This document shows, piece after piece, positions 58,656-64,000 of a stretch of DNA of 64,000 nt. The stretch lies in assembly GCA_963976765.1 (NCBI GenBank), contig CAXBME010000003.1, positions 248,001-312,000 on the forward strand, read 5' to 3'. Each line of letters begins with the position of its first letter. Within the stretch, counting starts at the first letter, position 1. A model generated the notes under the pieces. The model was given only the letters and a program-made list of their open reading frames with translations, searched no databases and was not told the origin of the DNA. Source of the stretch: an uncultured Planctomycetaceae bacterium. Its GTDB lineage: Bacteria > Planctomycetota > Planctomycetia > Planctomycetales > Planctomycetaceae. The position numbers were made by a program, and so were the translations under genes.

Positions 58656-59099
58656 CTACTCGTCGACAGAAGTCGGACGAACTGTCAGGACCGGACACGA
58701 TGCCTTACGAACAATACGTTCGGCGACGCTGCCAATCAGCAGATGACTGAGTGAACCTCGACCATGCGTCCCCATGACAATCAGGTCGCAGCCGTGTTCG
58801 ACGGCGTAGCCAAGAATGCTCGAGACCGGGTGCCCGTGCTTCCATTCTCGATGAATTGTCACTCCGGGAGCATCCTCGTCGACGACCCATTCGGCCAGAG
58901 CAGCGTCGCTGAACTTTTCAAAATCTTGAGGCTGAGGCGTATAACCACCCAGAGCGGGGACATAAACAACCGGGTCTTCGATCACGTGAAACAGCGAGAC
59001 GGTCGCCCCAAAATTCCGAGCAAGCTCAAGCGCGTAATCGGTGGCTTCCCTGGCTGGTCCGCTGAAATCCGTCGGCACGAGAATGTGGTTGATTTTCAT
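58656..59099 (-). CDS. Universal stress protein
   Basis: ILVPTDFS, DLIVMGTHGRG, GSVAERIVRKASCPVLTV. Confidence 0.95.
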   Translation of the reverse strand: MKINHILVPTDFSGPAREATDYALELARNFGATVSLFHVIEDPVVYVPALGGYTPQPQDFEKFSDAALAEWVVDEDAPGVTIHREWKHGHPVSSILGYAVEHGCDLIVMGTHGRGSLSHLLIGSVAERIVRKASCPVLTVRPTSVDE

Positions 59100-59167
59100 C
59101 GATTCGTCTCCGGTTGGAACAGAACGGGGGCGGGCATAACCATTGCTTCAGAGCCGTTCCGTCAACT

Positions 59168-59434
59168 CTATGAACGGTCAAACGTCGCAATGATCCGATG
59201 AGCGTGGTCTGCATCCCTGGCTCGCGTCAGCAGACTGATACTGAGTACGCCGGACAGGCCAGCCTGATTCTCGCCCTCGATCCAGCAGCTGATTCCTTCC
59301 CGCTGCAGACTGGCTTTGATGATCTCCGCGACGTTCGGATCAGTGACAGTGTAGACTTCGACCAATTGCATGTCGGTCGAAGGTTCATTGTGCGTTCCAG
59401 AAGCTGAAGTAGCCATCTCATTGTCCCCGTGCAT
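59168..59434 (-). CDS. DUF2007 (putative signal-transducing) small protein
   Basis: LVEVYT...AEIIKASLQREGISCWIEGENQAG. Confidence 0.8.
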   Translation of the reverse strand: MHGDNEMATSASGTHNEPSTDMQLVEVYTVTDPNVAEIIKASLQREGISCWIEGENQAGLSGVLSISLLTRARDADHAHRIIATFDRS

Positions 59435-59488
59435 GGAGCAAACAACTACGGGACACCCTGACGGGTATCGCCTTTCGAAAGACCTGAA

Positions 59489-59504
59489 AGCAAACGGCGT
59501 ACCG
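59489..59504 (-). promoter_or_regulatory. Candidate sigma54 promoter for DUF2007-usp
   Basis: Minus strand CGGTACGCCGTTTGCT (GG-N10-GC, TTGCT). Confidence 0.55.
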
Positions 59505-59764
59505 CAGACCGTTCACGACACGCCCGGAGTGGCCAGGCACAAGAAATCGGCCCTTTAGTCGCTATACATGGAAAGATGCGACACTTGCAGTCGAATTCTG
59601 GACGCAAGATCTTTGCCCCGCCTCGATATCGAGCAACTCTAACGGCCATTTACGCACACTGCGTCCGGAATGTCACAGCGGCAGAGGCCAGCAACTTCAA
59701 TTCACCCTGCCACGTCCAAAAGCAGTCCGTCGAAATGCGTTGTCGGCAGAAGATCGCTTCACAA

Positions 59765-60616
59765 TTACTGCGGTTCGGCAGAATGATTCGTGCGCAGGTA
59801 GATAATCCAGTAGATGACTCCAACCAGCACGCCGCCGCCAATGATGTTTCCGATCGTGACCGGCAACAGGTTCTTCAAGAGAAACGCGGACCACGTGATG
59901 TCGGCGAAGTCTGCGGGCGAGTTGCTGACCGTTGACCAGAACATGCCCGACGCACCGCATTGAATGAGCCATGCCACCGGCACAAAGTACATGTTGGCAA
60001 TACTGTGCTCGAAGCCTGCTGCGACGAAGCATGCGATAGGCGGGACTATCGCCAGGATGCGGTCGGTCGTGGATCGCGCGCTGAATGTCAGCCAGACGGC
60101 CAGACAAACCAGCAGGTTGCAGAGAATCCCCAGACAGACGGCCTGCAGAAATCCAAATTGCAGCTTGCCCTGCGCGATCTTCAACGCGGTAAGCCCCACG
60201 CTGCCAGAACCGAACTCGTGGTGGCCGCTGAAGTAAACCAGGCCCGCGATCCCAACCGACCCGGCAAAGTTTCCCACAAAGACAATCGCCCAGTTCCTCA
60301 ACAGAGCTGCCAGCGAAATACGGCGACTCGCCCAGGCCATGACGATCAGACTGTTTCCGGTAAAAAGCTCTGCTCCGCCCACGACAACCAGGATCAGCCC
60401 CAACGAGAACACCGTTCCGACAATCAGGCGCTGGACACCGTAAGGGACCACTCCTGAAGTACCGGCGGCGGCAGTCGTCGCAAAAACAGCTCCCAGAGCA
60501 ATGAACGCTCCAGCCAGGACTGCGAGCATAAACATCGAAAATGCATCCATCCCGGCTTTTCGTACGCCGATATCTTCGGCCTTCTTCGCCATATCAGGAG
60601 GCAGTAGAGCATCCAT
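59765..60616 (-). CDS. focA: Formate/nitrite transporter (FNT) channel
   Basis: LAGAFIALG, GAELFTGN, GNFAG, CNLLVCLAVW, GFEHSIANM, GNIIGG. Confidence 0.92.
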   Translation of the reverse strand: MDALLPPDMAKKAEDIGVRKAGMDAFSMFMLAVLAGAFIALGAVFATTAAAGTSGVVPYGVQRLIVGTVFSLGLILVVVGGAELFTGNSLIVMAWASRRISLAALLRNWAIVFVGNFAGSVGIAGLVYFSGHHEFGSGSVGLTALKIAQGKLQFGFLQAVCLGILCNLLVCLAVWLTFSARSTTDRILAIVPPIACFVAAGFEHSIANMYFVPVAWLIQCGASGMFWSTVSNSPADFADITWSAFLLKNLLPVTIGNIIGGGVLVGVIYWIIYLRTNHSAEPQ

Positions 60617-60925
60617 TCAAAAATCCCAGTCTGCGGAAAAGTCGGCGAACTGAAACGTTGCGACAAGACTTTTCCCAAGGAACGTCGCCTTACCTCTAAC
60701 TTCGCGATTCAGTGATTGTCCTCAAGTCACTGAATTATTCCCTTGGCGAATGGCGTGCCGATGTCCCGGAACTGCTGCCATTGTCGGTTTGCCCCGGCAT
60801 CTCCGACGGCAACTCCCCTTGAGAAAGCGCACCAATACAGCACACTTACTGATCACTTCGAGCGGATCGGCACACTCAAAGCCGCCATCGCGTTTTCCAA
60901 TTGCCGTTTTCGTCGCTCAGCAGAA

Positions 60926-60941
60926 TGGCACACCGCTTGCG
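60926..60941 (+). promoter_or_regulatory. Sigma54 (-24/-12) promoter for usp-CBS-atp
   Basis: TGGCACACCGCTTGCG, 46 nt upstream of the ATG at 60988. Confidence 0.75.
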
Positions 60942-60987
60942 TTCATTCATTTTCGGTTACCCCTACGTCAACAACAGGAGCAGTGTC

Positions 60988-61440
60988 ATGTCATTGTCAG
61001 TCGGTCGAATCCTCGCAGCAGCGGATTTCAGTGAAACGTCAGACAAGGCCTTCGATTACGCGCTGTCGCTGGCGAAAGTTTTCGAGGCCGAAGTCGTCGT
61101 TCTGCACGTTCTGCAGGAACCGATTCTCTATCAGGCGGAGACGGCTCAGAAGTACCGCGACGCTTTTGAACGAAAGATGCAGGACAAGCTTGATGCCATG
61201 CTTCATCGGCACACCTGTGAGGGCGTCAAAGTAACGACCGTCATGAAGCCGGGAGCTCCGTTTGTCGAGATCATCCAGTTCGCTCAGGACGAGAATGTCG
61301 ACCTGATCGTCCTGGGAACTCATGGGCACGGACCAATCCAGCACATGCTGATGGGAAGCGTGGCTGAGAAAGTTGTTCGAAAGGCAAAGTGCCCCGTCCT
61401 GGTCGTTAGACCGGATCAGAACCAGTTTGTCTCGGCGTAA
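60988..61440 (+). CDS. Universal stress protein
   Basis: ILAAADFS, DLIVLGTHGHG, GSVAEKVVRKAKCPVLVV; CAGGAG RBS. Confidence 0.95.
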   Translation: MSLSVGRILAAADFSETSDKAFDYALSLAKVFEAEVVVLHVLQEPILYQAETAQKYRDAFERKMQDKLDAMLHRHTCEGVKVTTVMKPGAPFVEIIQFAQDENVDLIVLGTHGHGPIQHMLMGSVAEKVVRKAKCPVLVVRPDQNQFVSA

Positions 61441-61527
61441 AGCAGTCGGCTGCGGCCCCACCGCCAGGTGTCAACCAGAGTTCGAATTCAAGGAATCAAC
61501 TCAGCTTCTTCGAAGGAGACAATAGTT

Positions 61528-63445
<1,918 letters not shown>

Positions 63446-63466
63446 TTCGAATTCCGGCGGAACCCA

Positions 63467-63877
63467 ATGAAAGGCCCGAAGATGCGACTGCGAGTGCTTT
63501 TGCCGGCAAATGTGCTGCTCGACGAAACGGTGACAAAGATTGTTGCCGAAGCCATCGACGGTTCGTTCTGCCTGCTGCCAAAGCATCGCGATTTCGTCAC
63601 ATCACTGGTGCCAGGCATCCTGTCGTTTCTTCACGAATCCGGAGCCGAGTCTTTTGTCGCTGTGAGCGAAGGCGTGCTGACGAAGTCCGGCGATGAGGTG
63701 CTCATTTCCACCCGCCGAGCGAGCCGGAGTGAACGACTCGACGAACTGCAACAGGTTGTGCAGAACCTGTTTCAGACTCTCGATGATCGAGAACGTGTTG
63801 CGCAGGCGGTCATGGCTCGCCTCGAAGCCGACTTCATGCGACGGTTGCTGGCTCTCGAAGAGGAACCGCATGTCTGA
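63467..63877 (+). CDS. atpC: F-type ATPase epsilon subunit (alternate/N-ATPase type)
   Basis: KIVAEAIDGSFCLLPKHRDFVTSLVPGIL...EGVLTK...ARLEADF. Confidence 0.88.
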   Translation: MKGPKMRLRVLLPANVLLDETVTKIVAEAIDGSFCLLPKHRDFVTSLVPGILSFLHESGAESFVAVSEGVLTKSGDEVLISTRRASRSERLDELQQVVQNLFQTLDDRERVAQAVMARLEADFMRRLLALEEEPHV

Positions 63878-64000
63878 TAATGGCGTTCAAGACAATGCCG
63901 ATTCGAAACCGAACGAATCCATATCAGTCAATCGGCACGAAAGTCGCACTGAAATGGAACGGGCAATTGCTGAAAAACAGCTTCGACGCCTCCGGTCGCG
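63870..64000 (+). CDS. Probable N-ATPase AtpQ (AtpZ/AtpI-like), partial
   Basis: ATG overlaps the atpC end; MSDNGV...ERAIAEKQLRRLRS runs off the edge; position matches the atpDCQ order. Confidence 0.6.
   Translation, partial: MSDNGVQDNADSKPNESISVNRHESRTEMERAIAEKQLRRLRS

Noticed and set aside
59132..59147. Sigma54-like GGGCATAACCATTGCT on the + strand
   Set aside because: It points antisense into the DUF2007 gene with no sense gene downstream; chance or relic.

Overview
This is a gene-dense bacterial chromosomal window. The gene families point to a planctomycete (DUF1592/DUF1552 pair, DUF1501, sulfatases, tandem tatA, hpnE); that taxonomic call is inference. Most of the window is housekeeping, cell-envelope and carbohydrate/sulfatase genes. 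Two accessory regions stand out. (1) About 41.4-43.7 kb looks like an integrase-less integron cassette array. It has two small promoterless ORFs bounded by GTT...AAC core sites and an attC-like hairpin. The second attC-like site is broken by the antisense 3' end of a group IIC intron. That remnant is truncated at a GTAG-type REP doublet, followed by a TIGR02574/ParE toxin-antitoxin pair whose toxin is split by a 109-bp TTA-flanked MITE. (2) About 54.8-64 kb is a putative low-oxygen/nitrosative-stress island carrying several sigma54-type promoter motifs. It contains glutamate dehydrogenase, two divergent cytochrome c'-like genes, decayed hcp and protoglobin remnants, two USPs, a formate/nitrite channel, a CBS protein and the start of an N-ATPase-type (atpD-atpC-atpQ) operon. 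I recognised no rRNA, tRNA or CRISPR array. All family calls come from motif recognition by eye, not database searches.
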